Virus record (IMG/VR): IMGVR_UViG_3300025314_000001 | Coordinates: 1-64,000 of that record | Length of the DNA: 64,000 bases | From: a virus | Strand: one strand, 5' to 3' | Shown here: one piece after another, positions 22,301 through 33,769 of the stretch | Position numbering within the stretch: position 1 is the first letter of the stretch | Layout: the number at the start of each line of letters is the position of its first letter | Program-made: the position numbers and the translations under genes | The notes under the pieces: model-generated | The model's input: only the letters and a program-made list of their open reading frames with translations | The model's database searches: none | Told to the model about the DNA's origin: nothing

Positions 22301-22548
22301 AGATTGATGGCGTGCCGAATCCATTTCCTACCCGACTCGAGCGTCGCAACGATCTCCATATCAACCGCGGCAGCAGCCGTAGTCTCCAGCACGAACAGAC
22401 ACTTCACCGAGTCTACGTGCACGGTGTTTCCGTCCGGCCACAGCTCCGTCGGTAGTGCGCTCAGCTCGGCTACGTCGGCTACCGTGTATTGGTGCAAACC
22501 GTAGTTGGTACCGAGGCGATCGAAGTCGCCGGTTAGGGGGATACCCAT
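19312..22548 (-). CDS. Tailspike/receptor-binding protein with two tandem beta-rich modules
   Basis: Duplicated WYVHP.TG.DE..G...GTAL.T.KE motif followed by beta-helix-like sequence; lower GC. Confidence 0.8.
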   Translation of the reverse strand: MGIPLTGDFDRLGTNYGLHQYTVADVAELSALPTELWPDGNTVHVDSVKCLFVLETTAAAAVDMEIVATLESGRKWIRHAINLDAANPWQVQTTWYVHPVTGNDEATGGSVGTALKTFKEFTRRWRGSVVRANTQVYMLAAGGTLEGELDVSPTAWVALDGSLALTTLATAVIGTYTTTSVANNEFPLITVSGITDLTAYEGKRIRITAGARAGAWCWIAKINPDGLGVATARVSIPCTRTEMLTGTTGAAWQPNDEIVIEDCPGIECVSTLWPHARVCDVSISGSIIGQPITTPTQGSVLLGSYCNSSSNSMEMFVYGCRLASTWVFTVRGPYGVVSLCLCKGTGGTQFLARQQRLSNILIQDGYLECVGSPSELFGTIGVFDCNSGTKAALSAIGSSTVDASATLLGKGNAHLGIWVAEGAALGWPSTVSTPPNRLTGAAGDIAIGAPSASRAPMSWSQMPMWLKDANAGIFGAPSVVGQGGNTVADLAALALIGVYNYVDGERFWVRSTRCHWTLRTTADAVVAMERVATATAGRVWEREAPALPNSTWATQANWYVHPSTGSDEADGAASGTALLTVKEVFRRLRGVTLQQNTFVWVMAAGATLDGDGVGISYPQGLVIDGSQAATTILTTTVESFTDINTTTNEWKLLTLTGVSDMTPYVGKRVRVTSGARQHNIYHIAKENPDGLGLNVARISTSYLMDPTGVLGAAGTNPQDGDDVVVEDLPTIVGIPSMGVTGQGYLVVRSFNITNTTSYCIGNKTTSILSYLSGCRLELSSVVDWTITGCAWIRSSNAYISVTRVHSVGVNYSAFIGTSPGISLSISHGYLVSAIVQSAGLRFSAGAVTNYIYVPSGVWDSTVADAAIVLTHCARVEVQAGGVLMGKGNTGFGLGMFEGCSIGGTSGSFLTPNITGTKGDFFVSNFYAPDTISWSMIPYWDTAFAAGVFVPLYSPGDEVVLSSDAATTVQTWTVTGFPASKRFLVPININAHIWSATEEGTMSCALDVIVTTNSGGVATLALNTTPAPDYSRLPAGFAPTMTLSVATNVLTVQITRPAGVACRVRPRKWFDRPMELQTV

Positions 22549-22601
22549 GGTGTTTCAGATCTCCAAGAACCCGTGAACAAATGGTCGGCGCTTCGCCGTG
22601 G

Positions 22602-24194
<1,593 letters not shown>

Positions 24195-24197
24195 GGC

Positions 24198-27100
24198 TCA
24201 CCCGTAGGGCATGAAGATTCGGATCTTGCGCGTGATCATCCAGTCCGCCTGCGCCGCGGATGTCGGCTGAATCTGCAGGCGCATCGTGTGATTGTCCGCA
24301 ACCTGCCAAAATGTGCTCGGAGGCGAAGTCATACAGTCCGCGAACAGGACCGAGCGGGTCATGATCAGAATGTTAGACGGGTAGTAGAACTCGTAATGCA
24401 CTTTCCAGCCACGTGACCCTTCGGCTGTCCCTATTGCGTTGGCGTAGGGCGCCTGAAGCGTTGCCTCGATATCAATCGAGGCCCCCAACCCAGCTGGGAA
24501 GAAGATGAAACCTCCCAGCGTCCCGAGCTCCAGGTTCCACTGAACGGCGCTAATGGAGGTTGTTCTTCCGACCCAGCAATCCTCGAACAATCCAATGATC
24601 GGTGTACTCGCGCCGCCGGCGATGATGTTGAGTTTGCCGACATACGAGCACCGGAGCCTGGAGGTCGATACCGCTCCCGCCGCGCCATCGAGCGTCCAGT
24701 GTTGGATTCTACCGCTGGATGGCGCCGTCGCCGTGTAGGCCGGAGCATTGAGCGTCAACAGCCCGTACTGGTTGGCGCGGACCATGGTGTTTCCGGCGGA
24801 ACTATAGATCCCAGCCTGCTTATCGACGCCCAACTGTGCGGCCTCGGCCCAGGTTAGCGTTTCTCCGTGCACTAACACGTCACCACTCGTCCCCGTGACA
24901 CTCGGCGGCACGGATGGATATCTCAGTGTTGCGCCTATTTGGAGCTGCATTCCACGATTCGCGTTCCCGTCCCCAAATATCCCTGTGTTCGACTCGACGT
25001 AGTTATCCCCGGACAACAGCCACACACCGTAACCCAAAGCCCCTACGGCGGCGTAGACGGCGCTTGGGTACAAGAACGTGATTCGTGTGCCAACAATTCG
25101 TGAGGCTTGGCTTAAGGTCGACGCCATGACGCAGTCTGTCCACGTTTGTGGTATCGAGTTCATGCCCAGTAAGCACCCGATGATGTCGGTGTTTCGAATC
25201 GTGAGGCTCGAGGTCAGCCCCTGCAATCGGCACTGATAGAGCTTAGGTGTCCCGCAAATCTCGGTCGCGTTGATATGGCACCCATAGAAGGCACTCCGCG
25301 CGTATCCGCTAGTCGTAATCGAGACCCGAGCGTTGGCGGCCTGGGCACTATTGATGGTGGCGTTGGCGATGATAACGCCCCACTGTGACTCGGTACCGAG
25401 GGATGCTTCCGATACGACCTCCAGGGCCACCTCTGGAATGTTCCCCGGGATTTCGAAGGATACCGTGTTCCCGACTGTCGGTAGAGCGTTGACTGTCCCC
25501 GTGGGTGCCGCGACTACGATGCTGGTCAGCACCATGCTGGTCCACCAGGACACTCGAGCAACACTGTCGCCGGCACCATGGGGATTTTGCACCGCGATCC
25601 AGGACAATGCCGCCGCGTTGGTGCCGTTGACGAGCCGAAGGCGCTGCCCCACGTAGGGGGTAAACGAGGCGATTCCGCTACACGATAGCGTGTTGAATTC
25701 CTGGGATGCCGGCACGAGCCCGGCAACGGCGCTTACCGTAACGACCGCCTGCGCGCTCGCGGCCTGCGCCATGTCGAGCACCACCATGCCTTGCGGTCCT
25801 AGGTGGATCTTGCCCGTGACGGCCCCGAGGGCGGTCATTCCGTAGACGGTCACGAGCCGGTTGACTCGTTGGTTTCGCCAGCGGTACATGAGCTCGTCCC
25901 AGCTCTGCAGCGCGGCCCCCGACGTGGTCCCGAGGTTCTCGTTGTTACCGGTGGAAGCGTTGATGTAAAACGACGAGTACTCGGCCCACCGTGCGTTCCC
26001 CGTTAGCTTCCGATGCCATCGCGCCGTGGCGGAGGCCCCGGCCTGCACGATGAGCCCGGCCACCGGGGTCGCCGACGAGTTGTTCAGCAGCTCCCATCCG
26101 TCTTGGTGGCTGCCGACGAAGCAGGTCGCGCCATCTGGAAGACCAGCATAAGAAAGCGCGTTCAGCGCGGCTTCGTTGGCTGCGTAGAGGAATGGGCCCG
26201 GCGGACCCGTGGGTCCGGTGGCTCCAGTAGCGCCCGTAGCGCCCGTGGCACCAGTGGCCCCGGTGGGTCCAGTGGCTCCGGTAGCCCCGGTGGGTCCCGT
26301 GGCTCCAGTCGCGCCCGTGGCGCCAGTGGCACCAGTGGCTCCAGCGGTGCCCGTTGACCCAGTGGCGCCCGTGGAGCCCGTTGACCCAGTGGCCCCAGTC
26401 GCTCCGGTGGCCCCAGTCGCGCCCGTGGCGCCGGCTGCTCCCGTCGCACCCGTGGCCCCGGTGGCTCCGGTGGCCCCAGTGGCACCCGTGGCTCCGGCTG
26501 CCCCAGTCGCTCCGGTTGTGCCCGTTGCCCCGGTGGCTCCAGTCGCGCCGGTGGCTCCCGTCGCGCCCGTTGCGCCCGTTGACCCCGTAGTTCCGGTCGA
26601 TCCGGTGGCACCAGACGGCCCCGTAGCACCTGTGGCTCCAGTAGGGCCTACTGCGCCCGTCGCTCCAGTAGCCCCGGTGGCCCCCGTAGGACCTGCCGGT
26701 CCTGTGGCTCCGGCGGCCCCCGTCGCGCCCGCCGCTCCGGTGGGCCCAGTGGGACCCGTCGCCCCTGTTGGCCCCTGCGGCCCAACTTCGCTCTCGGTGT
26801 CCTGCACTGCTGGGCGCCGGCAGATCGTCAAGTTCCCCTCAGGGTCGAGCGTCCCGAGCGGGTAGTCCCCCACCGCGTAAGCGTCCACCGCACTGGCTCG
26901 CGCCGTGGCCGCATCGACAATGACGAGCTTCGGGACCCCGGGCTGCGCCAGGCCGTGAATGACCCACGGGAGAATCCCGTCCAGCGCCCCCAGGATCATC
27001 GCCCCCGGCTCGCACACCTGCACCGCAATCCCGGCGGCCATGCCCGCCGCAAGGAGCGTCGAAGCCGTGACTCGCGTGACGGTCCGTCCCAACGGGTCCG

Positions 27101-27320
27101 ACTCGCTCACGACGAACACATCACCAATCGCCAGCGCCGGGCTGCCCGGGGAGAGCCGATACCAGGTACAATGGACGCCATTGATCAGGCAGTCCACCTC
27201 CTGCTGCTGGGTCCCACGGATTTGGTCGTCGATGAACCGACGGTCCGTGTGGTCGAGCTGGTAGTTCGCCGGCAGGACGACGGGGTCGTCGACCTCGCGG
27301 TCGCTGATGATTTTCGACAT
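24198..27320 (-). CDS. Collagen-like tail fibre with beta-rich tailspike module
   Basis: Long GAT/GPT run followed by the module shared with 19312..22548. Confidence 0.85.
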   Translation of the reverse strand: MSKIISDREVDDPVVLPANYQLDHTDRRFIDDQIRGTQQQEVDCLINGVHCTWYRLSPGSPALAIGDVFVVSESDPLGRTVTRVTASTLLAAGMAAGIAVQVCEPGAMILGALDGILPWVIHGLAQPGVPKLVIVDAATARASAVDAYAVGDYPLGTLDPEGNLTICRRPAVQDTESEVGPQGPTGATGPTGPTGAAGATGAAGATGPAGPTGATGATGATGAVGPTGATGATGPSGATGSTGTTGSTGATGATGATGATGATGATGTTGATGAAGATGATGATGATGATGATGAAGATGATGATGATGATGSTGSTGATGSTGTAGATGATGATGATGATGPTGATGATGPTGATGATGATGATGATGPTGPPGPFLYAANEAALNALSYAGLPDGATCFVGSHQDGWELLNNSSATPVAGLIVQAGASATARWHRKLTGNARWAEYSSFYINASTGNNENLGTTSGAALQSWDELMYRWRNQRVNRLVTVYGMTALGAVTGKIHLGPQGMVVLDMAQAASAQAVVTVSAVAGLVPASQEFNTLSCSGIASFTPYVGQRLRLVNGTNAAALSWIAVQNPHGAGDSVARVSWWTSMVLTSIVVAAPTGTVNALPTVGNTVSFEIPGNIPEVALEVVSEASLGTESQWGVIIANATINSAQAANARVSITTSGYARSAFYGCHINATEICGTPKLYQCRLQGLTSSLTIRNTDIIGCLLGMNSIPQTWTDCVMASTLSQASRIVGTRITFLYPSAVYAAVGALGYGVWLLSGDNYVESNTGIFGDGNANRGMQLQIGATLRYPSVPPSVTGTSGDVLVHGETLTWAEAAQLGVDKQAGIYSSAGNTMVRANQYGLLTLNAPAYTATAPSSGRIQHWTLDGAAGAVSTSRLRCSYVGKLNIIAGGASTPIIGLFEDCWVGRTTSISAVQWNLELGTLGGFIFFPAGLGASIDIEATLQAPYANAIGTAEGSRGWKVHYEFYYPSNILIMTRSVLFADCMTSPPSTFWQVADNHTMRLQIQPTSAAQADWMITRKIRIFMPYG

Positions 27321-27325
27321 GGCCC

Positions 27326-28633
27326 TTACTTGGCGTTGCGGTACTGCGCGCTTGCGATCGCCAGGATCATGAACTTCATATCGAGGTCGGTGTCCGTGTA
27401 GACGTATTGAGCCGTCAGCCGCCCCGACGTGTCAGTCGATATCTCGAGTTCGGCGTGCTGCCCTGCGCCCCAGAACTCCCACTCGGAATCCAGGACCAGT
27501 GCCGGCACAGTCTGATTGAAGGTGTTCCCCATAAAGAACACGGTCTGGTTTTGGGGTTCTCCTACGACCGAGATCTGTCTCCCCTGCGGCTCGAGCTGAA
27601 CCAGGGGGGCCTCGCTCGGCATCCACGCGAAGTCCGTGGCGGCGCTATTGCGCATCGCATAGATCCAGAACCAAATGATCCTGTTCGACCAATCCATCGA
27701 CTCGTCGATGATCGTTACGGTGTTCTGGTCAAGGCTCTTGGTCGCGTCGCTCATGTCGAGCGCGAGAAAGCGCATGGCTCCTCCGGACATGACCGAAGGT
27801 AGGAACTCCTGGGGCCTGCCGGCGCTTGGGCTCCACGTGCGTTGTGTCCACAGCGGCGAGGCATCAGCATGGGTGAAGGTTGCGGGCTCTGCCGTCACTG
27901 CCCCGGTGGATGACGCCAAGCGCGCGATCGGAGCGATCTCACAGATGTTTCGCGTGGCTACCAGTGAGCCACTCGTGAACGGGTGCTCCAACAGCACGTA
28001 AGCAAGCGGGATGTAGTAGAAGTTCGGCCCCAGATCCCCGTCTACCGGCAGAGCCGGATAGCTGGGGTTGGTATCTTCGGTTCCATTGACCACCCCCAAC
28101 GTCACCCAGTTGTTCGTGTAGAGCGGGATAGCTTGCGTCGCCACTCCGCTGATCGTTCGGACAACTCGATTCTCGTTCCCCGTCGGCAGATCGACCTGGA
28201 CTCGCGCATAGATCAGGTCCCAGCGATTATTGGCTGCGGTATCGTCTAACTGGACAGCTTGTCCCAGGGTCGGTCCGTTCGTGTCTCCGACGAATCTTCC
28301 GCTCCGGGCCTCGTACCACGCCGCCGGTGCCACGTTGGTAATTGGGCCGACGAAGGCGCGGAACGAGAACACCATCACCTGCCCGGTGGCTCCATTGGGA
28401 CGCACTAGGGCCGAGGAGTTCAGTGCTCCCGGAGGTGACCCTCCGTCATTGACGTAACCTTCGATCCGGTAGGGCAGGATCATCTTCTGAAGCGAGGTCG
28501 TTGTTCGCGGACAGAACCGGAAGAGCTCTGCCAACAATCGATCGTCGGCCTTGGCGGCTTCCTCCGCTACCAGGTTGAGCTCGGTCTGGTCGAACGCCTG
28601 CCCGTCGACGGAGTGGATGTAACGCTGTTCCAT
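27326..28633 (-). CDS. Baseplate/fibre-attachment protein, paralog B
   Basis: Colinear similarity to 28637..29884; follows the wedge genes. Confidence 0.7.
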   Translation of the reverse strand: MEQRYIHSVDGQAFDQTELNLVAEEAAKADDRLLAELFRFCPRTTTSLQKMILPYRIEGYVNDGGSPPGALNSSALVRPNGATGQVMVFSFRAFVGPITNVAPAAWYEARSGRFVGDTNGPTLGQAVQLDDTAANNRWDLIYARVQVDLPTGNENRVVRTISGVATQAIPLYTNNWVTLGVVNGTEDTNPSYPALPVDGDLGPNFYYIPLAYVLLEHPFTSGSLVATRNICEIAPIARLASSTGAVTAEPATFTHADASPLWTQRTWSPSAGRPQEFLPSVMSGGAMRFLALDMSDATKSLDQNTVTIIDESMDWSNRIIWFWIYAMRNSAATDFAWMPSEAPLVQLEPQGRQISVVGEPQNQTVFFMGNTFNQTVPALVLDSEWEFWGAGQHAELEISTDTSGRLTAQYVYTDTDLDMKFMILAIASAQYRNAK

Positions 28634-28636
28634 GGC

Positions 28637-29884
28637 TTACTTCGCGTTGGTGAATTGCCCCGTGGCGTGCACGAGAATGCAGTACTTTTCGACGAGCGGC
28701 GTGGTCCCGGAAATGTACGTTGCCGTGAGTTCTCCGGTGGTCGCTACCCCAATAACCAAGCTCGAATCGCTGGTGATGACCGGGAAGCTCGTCGAGTTCA
28801 GAGTGAGCGCCGGCATGGCTGAGTTGAACGTGTTCCCCATGAAGGTCGACGTGGCGCCTCCCGGCTCGACCTCGACCAATGGGTCGCTGTTTGGCATCCA
28901 AGAAAAGCGCCGCCCCGCAACGGCGGTTCCGTAGACCGTGAAGGTCAGAATCCGGTTGCTCCAATCGATGGAGTTGTCGATGATGGTTGCCGCGTCCGGG
29001 TCGAGGCTCTTCACCACGTCCAGGAAGTCGAAGGCAAGGATCCGCTCGGCGCCACCCGTCATGGTGGCTGGAAGGTGCTCTTCGGGCCGCTCGTCGGATG
29101 GACCCCAGGCTCGCTGGGCCCAAAGCGGCGAGTCGTCAGCATACGCGAACGAGGCCGGCTTGAGCGTTACGGCTCCGGTGGAAGAGGCGATGGGAGCCGT
29201 TGTCGCGTTTTCGTGGATCCACGCGGGCTCGACGGCGGTGCTCGACGTAAACGGGTGCGGCAGGACCACGTAGGCCAGCGCGACGTAGTAGGCTCCGCTC
29301 CCATCGCTCGGCAGTACCGGCTTCGTGGGGCTAGCGCCTTCTGCCCCCTTCACGACCCCAAGCGTGACGGTGGTGTTGGTGTAGAGGCTGATATCCTCGG
29401 CGGCGTCACCGCCGCCGCTGCGCACGATGCGCTCTACCGGAGTGGACTCCACCGTGAGGTCGACGCGCGCATAAATGAGGTCCCACCGGTGGTTTGCGAC
29501 GGTGGCGTCCAGCACCAATTGGTATGCCCAGAGCGGGTCGATATTTCCCAGATACCGCGCCGTCCGGATATCGTACCAAGTGCTGCTTGACGCAACGTAG
29601 CGGCTCCCGATGAGGGCTCGGAACGGATGCACCAGCACACTTCCCGTGGTGCCATACGGGGTAATGAGCGCCGTCGTACTGTGGGCCGTCTCGTCCGGGT
29701 GCAGGCCTTCGATTCGGTACGGTAAAATGGCTTTGTGGACATACCCCGCGGCTAGCCCGGGAATCATGCGCAGCAATTCCGCCAAGACCCGGTCATCCGC
29801 CTTGGCGGATTCTGCCGAAACGAGGTTCAGCTCCTCTTGATCCAAGGATTGGCCGGCTACGGTATGCGTGTAGAGCGTTTCCAT
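28637..29884 (-). CDS. Baseplate/fibre-attachment protein, paralog A
   Basis: True start METLYTHTVAG overlaps the upstream stop; paralogy with the next gene fixes the start. Confidence 0.7.
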   Translation of the reverse strand: METLYTHTVAGQSLDQEELNLVSAESAKADDRVLAELLRMIPGLAAGYVHKAILPYRIEGLHPDETAHSTTALITPYGTTGSVLVHPFRALIGSRYVASSSTWYDIRTARYLGNIDPLWAYQLVLDATVANHRWDLIYARVDLTVESTPVERIVRSGGGDAAEDISLYTNTTVTLGVVKGAEGASPTKPVLPSDGSGAYYVALAYVVLPHPFTSSTAVEPAWIHENATTAPIASSTGAVTLKPASFAYADDSPLWAQRAWGPSDERPEEHLPATMTGGAERILAFDFLDVVKSLDPDAATIIDNSIDWSNRILTFTVYGTAVAGRRFSWMPNSDPLVEVEPGGATSTFMGNTFNSAMPALTLNSTSFPVITSDSSLVIGVATTGELTATYISGTTPLVEKYCILVHATGQFTNAK

Positions 29885-30663
29885 CAGAGCGTCCTGTCCT
29901 CGATCATGGTGAAGCTGATTGAGTGCCCCGCGATCTGCAGGACTGCGTTTTCGATCGCCCGGTAGACCATGGTCATGTTGGCCCCCGGGGGATGAATGAA
30001 GGCGTCGTAGCCCACGAAAAGCCCGTAGCCGATGATCGACTGAGGCCACACGTCGGCCGGCTCGAGCATACTCAGGCTCGGTAACAGAATCGTGAACATC
30101 CGGAGCGCCGTGTTCGAGTAGATGTGCGCCCCGGTGCCGCCGCGCCCCGTTACCGTGGCGACTGTCCCGTCGTCGTAGAGCCTGTCTGGGTAGAGCGCTT
30201 GGAATCCGATGAATGCGTGCCAGTCGAGCGCTGTCGTGTTCGAGCGCACGCAAAATCGGTCCAGGTGGCTTTCGATGATCTGGCAAGTCGTAGCGGTCCA
30301 GGGAGCTAGAATCGCGTTGACCGCGGCGTAGATCGCCGAAAGCGATGCGTTTGGGGTAATGCCTAGTGTGCGCGCTCGGAAAGCTTCGTCTTCCTCACCG
30401 CTGGCCCGCTCTGCTCCCCGGTCCGAGGCCACCGCGTCTAGGGGGGAATCTTCCGCCCGCTCGGGGTCGCACCCGGCGATGCACCGGTCCGAGTCCCGCT
30501 GGTACTCGAGGCTCATCGCCACGAGAATGTCGACGATGGCATTCAATACCGGCTGCGCCTCTTCGGAGCGGAGCTCCGGCGGCACGAGCACCAGGACATC
30601 CTCGCGCTCGGCGTAGGCCAGCCGGGGCGCCCCCGGCACCAGGTATTCGACGTCAACGGTCAT
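29884..30663 (-). CDS. Baseplate wedge protein (P2 gpI / Mu gp48-like)
   Basis: LDAVASDRGAERASGEEDEAFRAR motif; directly follows baseplate J. Confidence 0.65.
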   Translation of the reverse strand: MTVDVEYLVPGAPRLAYAEREDVLVLVPPELRSEEAQPVLNAIVDILVAMSLEYQRDSDRCIAGCDPERAEDSPLDAVASDRGAERASGEEDEAFRARTLGITPNASLSAIYAAVNAILAPWTATTCQIIESHLDRFCVRSNTTALDWHAFIGFQALYPDRLYDDGTVATVTGRGGTGAHIYSNTALRMFTILLPSLSMLEPADVWPQSIIGYGLFVGYDAFIHPPGANMTMVYRAIENAVLQIAGHSISFTMIEDRTL

Positions 30664-30666
30664 GGG

Positions 30667-31794
30667 TTACGCTGCGACGGTGATTTTGACGACGACCTTC
30701 CACGCGCAGGCTTCCCACTCCACGACGGGCGGGGTAAAGAGCGTGGCTAGGACGGGTTCTGCGGTTCCGGAGACGGCAATGGTGTGTACGTCGCTGAGTC
30801 CCCTTAGGGCAGCCGCCTCGATAGCCGCGTATTTCCAGACGAACGGGTTTTCCCGGTTCTGGAAGTAGTCGATGATGGCGTTTGCGGCTTCGATCTCGGT
30901 AGACCTCGGGTTGGCCATCGGCTGCCAGAGCTCCACGTTCACCGCGAGCTCCACTTGCTGGCGAGTCATCGGTAGGGCCTGGACGTTGGCCCCCACCATG
31001 GAGACGCGCGCCAGGGCGAGTCGGCACGCCAGAAGCAAAGCATCCGGGGTTTCGCCGCCGGCATCGCCTACCACGACGTTGTTGATGCCGATGTCCCCGC
31101 CCGTGTAATCGGAACGGAACAGAACGACCCGGGAAGCCCCGGCGTCTTTGCAGGCCTTCTCGATTGCGGACTCGTACCCGACGCGCGCTTCCAGCACCGT
31201 ATCGTCGGCCCGGGCGAGATAGTCCTCGTCCTTCTCGTAAGCCTGCCCGGCCGTGCACACCAGCTTGGTGACGGTCCAGCTCTCCTCGAGCAGGTCCAGG
31301 AGCTCGAGCCTCTTGCACTGCACCGACACCACCGAGAGGTCGGCGGACAGTCCCGAGATCTCCTGCTCGATGGGCAGCGGAATCGAGGTCACCCCGGGCA
31401 GCACCGTGTAGTCAGAAGAGGCCCGGACGATGATCGGGTCTTGGCCGTCCAGCGACACCAGGATCCGGGTCCAGCGCCAGATCGTGGTGCCGGCCGTCCC
31501 GACGCGGGTCATGTAGGCGATACCGGTGCCGCGCTGGTCGGCGTTCCGCGTTACCCCGCGGCGGCTCAGCACGCGTTGGTCGAGGTCTGCACCCCGGGCC
31601 CCCGAAAGGTAGATCTTCCGGGCGTGGTCGCGTTCTCGCGCCGAGAGCCCCCTGAACACCAGGGCGCCGACTCCCCCGAGGTAGTCGTAGAGGGACCCCG
31701 TGTGCCCGTCGGAGTCGTCCCGTCGGGTATGGACGGCCGCGTGGAAGGCACTGTCGAGCTCGGACAGGGTAGGCAGGGGTCGGTGGCTAGGCAC
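30667..31794 (-). CDS. Baseplate J-like protein (copy 1)
   Basis: YLSGARGADLD, GVTR, GQAYEKDEDYLAR motifs; position in operon. Confidence 0.75.
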   Translation of the reverse strand: MPSHRPLPTLSELDSAFHAAVHTRRDDSDGHTGSLYDYLGGVGALVFRGLSARERDHARKIYLSGARGADLDQRVLSRRGVTRNADQRGTGIAYMTRVGTAGTTIWRWTRILVSLDGQDPIIVRASSDYTVLPGVTSIPLPIEQEISGLSADLSVVSVQCKRLELLDLLEESWTVTKLVCTAGQAYEKDEDYLARADDTVLEARVGYESAIEKACKDAGASRVVLFRSDYTGGDIGINNVVVGDAGGETPDALLLACRLALARVSMVGANVQALPMTRQQVELAVNVELWQPMANPRSTEIEAANAIIDYFQNRENPFVWKYAAIEAAALRGLSDVHTIAVSGTAEPVLATLFTPPVVEWEACAWKVVVKITVAA

Positions 31795-32464
31795 GGCTCA
31801 GTACCTCCACGCCTGAGCTGCTGGCGCCGCTGGCCCACTCGACGTCGCTGAAGATCGTCACTTCCCCGCTCGGGAGACGGGTCGCGTCGGCGGCCAGCGT
31901 GACCCGCCCGATGCGGTCGTCTCGCCTGGCCTGCGCCATGATGTTCCCGCTCATCTGAATGAGCACCGGGTCCGGTGCCCCCACGAATTCGCGGAGCTTG
32001 CCGCCCCAATCAGGGGCCCACGGCAGCCCTTCGCAGAGCATCCCACGTTGGAATGCCGCGCGACCGTTTGGCTCCCCCGCGAGCTCCGCGAGGTCCCCGT
32101 CGATCTGCTCGACGAAGTCAGTGCCGTCGAAAAATAGGTCTACCTTGAAGAATTCCCGGTCGAACGAGTTACCGGTGAGCCCGGCTGCAATGGCCGGACG
32201 CGGCTCGGGGGTCACGAATCTGGTCGTAGACACACCGTCGCTGAGCGAGTAGCTGGCTCCGCCCACGAGCTCCCAGCTCAGCACGAGCTCACGCTGGGTC
32301 GAGTCTGCAGCCACCACCAGCACGGCCACCGCCGTCGGCGGCGCTCCGCGGCCATCCAGGGACAACAGGGTGTAGCTCCCCGGCGCCGAGGGGATTCCTG
32401 TGGCGGAGCTCCAGAAGACCCGGATCCGCGTGGTGCTGCGGATTTCCAGCGTTTTGATCGGCAT
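31787..32464 (-). CDS. Baseplate wedge / sheath initiator (gp25/gpW-like)
   Basis: DGDLAELAG, LPWAPDWGGKLREFVG, RDDRIGRV. Confidence 0.65.
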   Translation of the reverse strand: MPIKTLEIRSTTRIRVFWSSATGIPSAPGSYTLLSLDGRGAPPTAVAVLVVAADSTQRELVLSWELVGGASYSLSDGVSTTRFVTPEPRPAIAAGLTGNSFDREFFKVDLFFDGTDFVEQIDGDLAELAGEPNGRAAFQRGMLCEGLPWAPDWGGKLREFVGAPDPVLIQMSGNIMAQARRDDRIGRVTLAADATRLPSGEVTIFSDVEWASGASSSGVEVLSRA

Positions 32465-32526
32465 GTAGGACTAGGGGTCAGATGTTCAGTTTGCGGGCCG
32501 GCCTTCGTCGGGTCACCTTGATCGAC

Positions 32527-33111
32527 ATGCGCGTTATTCTGGTGGCCGTACTGGTCTCGAGTTGCGGCAGTGAGTTCTCACAGAGTTCATCCATGAGTTC
32601 TGGGGGCGTTACCGCCGAAATCCCACAATCCAACGGTGGAACCGAGGTAGTCGGTGTCTCTGCCCAGCGACAGATATCCGGTGGTAGCCAGGCACTTGAG
32701 TCCATCGGCGGCCGCTATGACTCTGGTGGGGCCACGAGTTCTGGCGGTTCATCCTTTGGCGGTTTGCGTCCCATGCCGGTGGCCACCGGGGGTACCGGAG
32801 GTTCCGTTACCGGGGGGGCCGCGTCCTATGGCGGATTCGGTGGCGGTTCTCTTCTACCCCGATGCGACTGCACCCTCCGGAATTGCTTGGCGCTCACCAG
32901 CTGTGAGCTCGAATGCGCATTCGCACGGTGTGCGTGCGATCCGAACGTTCCGGACTGCCAAAAGGTCTTCGAATGCTACCTGGCCAATGCTTGCCGAGCT
33001 ACCGATCCGTGTGCCACGAATAGCGACGGCAAATGCGGGATGAATGTGCTCGCTGTCGGGACAGCTGCTGTGAAGTCCGCGGCTGCCGTTTACGCCTGTC
33101 ACTGCGGGTAG
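32527..33111 (+). CDS. Gly/Ser-rich, Cys-rich lipoprotein (moron)
   Basis: MRVILVAVLVSSC lipobox; Gly-rich linker; Cys-rich C-terminal domain; opposite strand to the operon. Confidence 0.7.
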   Translation: MRVILVAVLVSSCGSEFSQSSSMSSGGVTAEIPQSNGGTEVVGVSAQRQISGGSQALESIGGRYDSGGATSSGGSSFGGLRPMPVATGGTGGSVTGGAASYGGFGGGSLLPRCDCTLRNCLALTSCELECAFARCACDPNVPDCQKVFECYLANACRATDPCATNSDGKCGMNVLAVGTAAVKSAAAVYACHCG

Positions 33112-33120
33112 GAGCGAAGA

Positions 33121-33578
33121 ATGCGCGCTCTTCAGTTCCTGGTCGGAAGTCTCGTCGTTTACGGGGTCGTGGCGTCGTGCGGGAACCCCGCCTCCCCGGG
33201 CTCTCCCCGCTCGAGCTCGGTCACGCCCGGGGTCACTTCCCCGGTTCCCATGGCGTCCGCCCAGGAGAGCGGGGGGGCACCCGGCGCGGGGCCGGCGGCG
33301 CCGGCAGCGCCGGCTCAGCCCACGGTGATCTCCACGACCTGCGACAAGACGTTTCTGTCAGTCCCCGGAAACGTCACCAACTACTACGCCGAAGCAAGCT
33401 TTCCCGGAAGACGATGACGGACCTTGCTAGGGTAGTGGTGTTAGCTCGCCCGGTGGCGATCGCTGGGTACGAATGGGCCACCATGTCCTATTGGCATGTC
33501 CGTGACGGCTCGGTAGCGTATCATTGCGGAACTATTCCAGCGTCTTTGCCAACTGAAGTACGCTTCGTGCTGCCTTAG
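33121..33578 (+). pseudogene. Lipoprotein split by a frameshift near 33410 (or two coupled small ORFs, 33121..33417 and 33414..33578)
   Basis: Lipobox VVASC, AGGAG RBS; ...ASFPG continues as KTMTDLARVVVL in the -1 frame. Confidence 0.5.
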
Positions 33579-33769
33579 TCGTTCAGTGGGCAGCTCAGAT
33601 CGATCGTAAATCCGAAATCCAAGTCTGGAATCGGAATCGGTGGCGGGAACGGGGGGATCCCAGGGATCGTGAACGGCAGAGGCGGGAGAGGGAACACGCA
33701 CAGTCCTACTGCCACTGAGCTCGGTGGTGCCGGTGGGCGCGGCGGCGGGGGCGGGAAGTTGTAGGCCAT
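33575..33769 (-). CDS. Small Pro-rich protein after the spike gene
   Basis: Start overlaps the spike stop (TGATG); 64 aa. Confidence 0.6.
   Translation of the reverse strand: MAYNFPPPPPRPPAPPSSVAVGLCVFPLPPLPFTIPGIPPFPPPIPIPDLDFGFTIDLSCPLND

Noticed and set aside
29885-30286. N-terminal extension of the 549-aa ORF
   Set aside because: It overlaps the wedge gene; the paralog alignment places the start at 29884.
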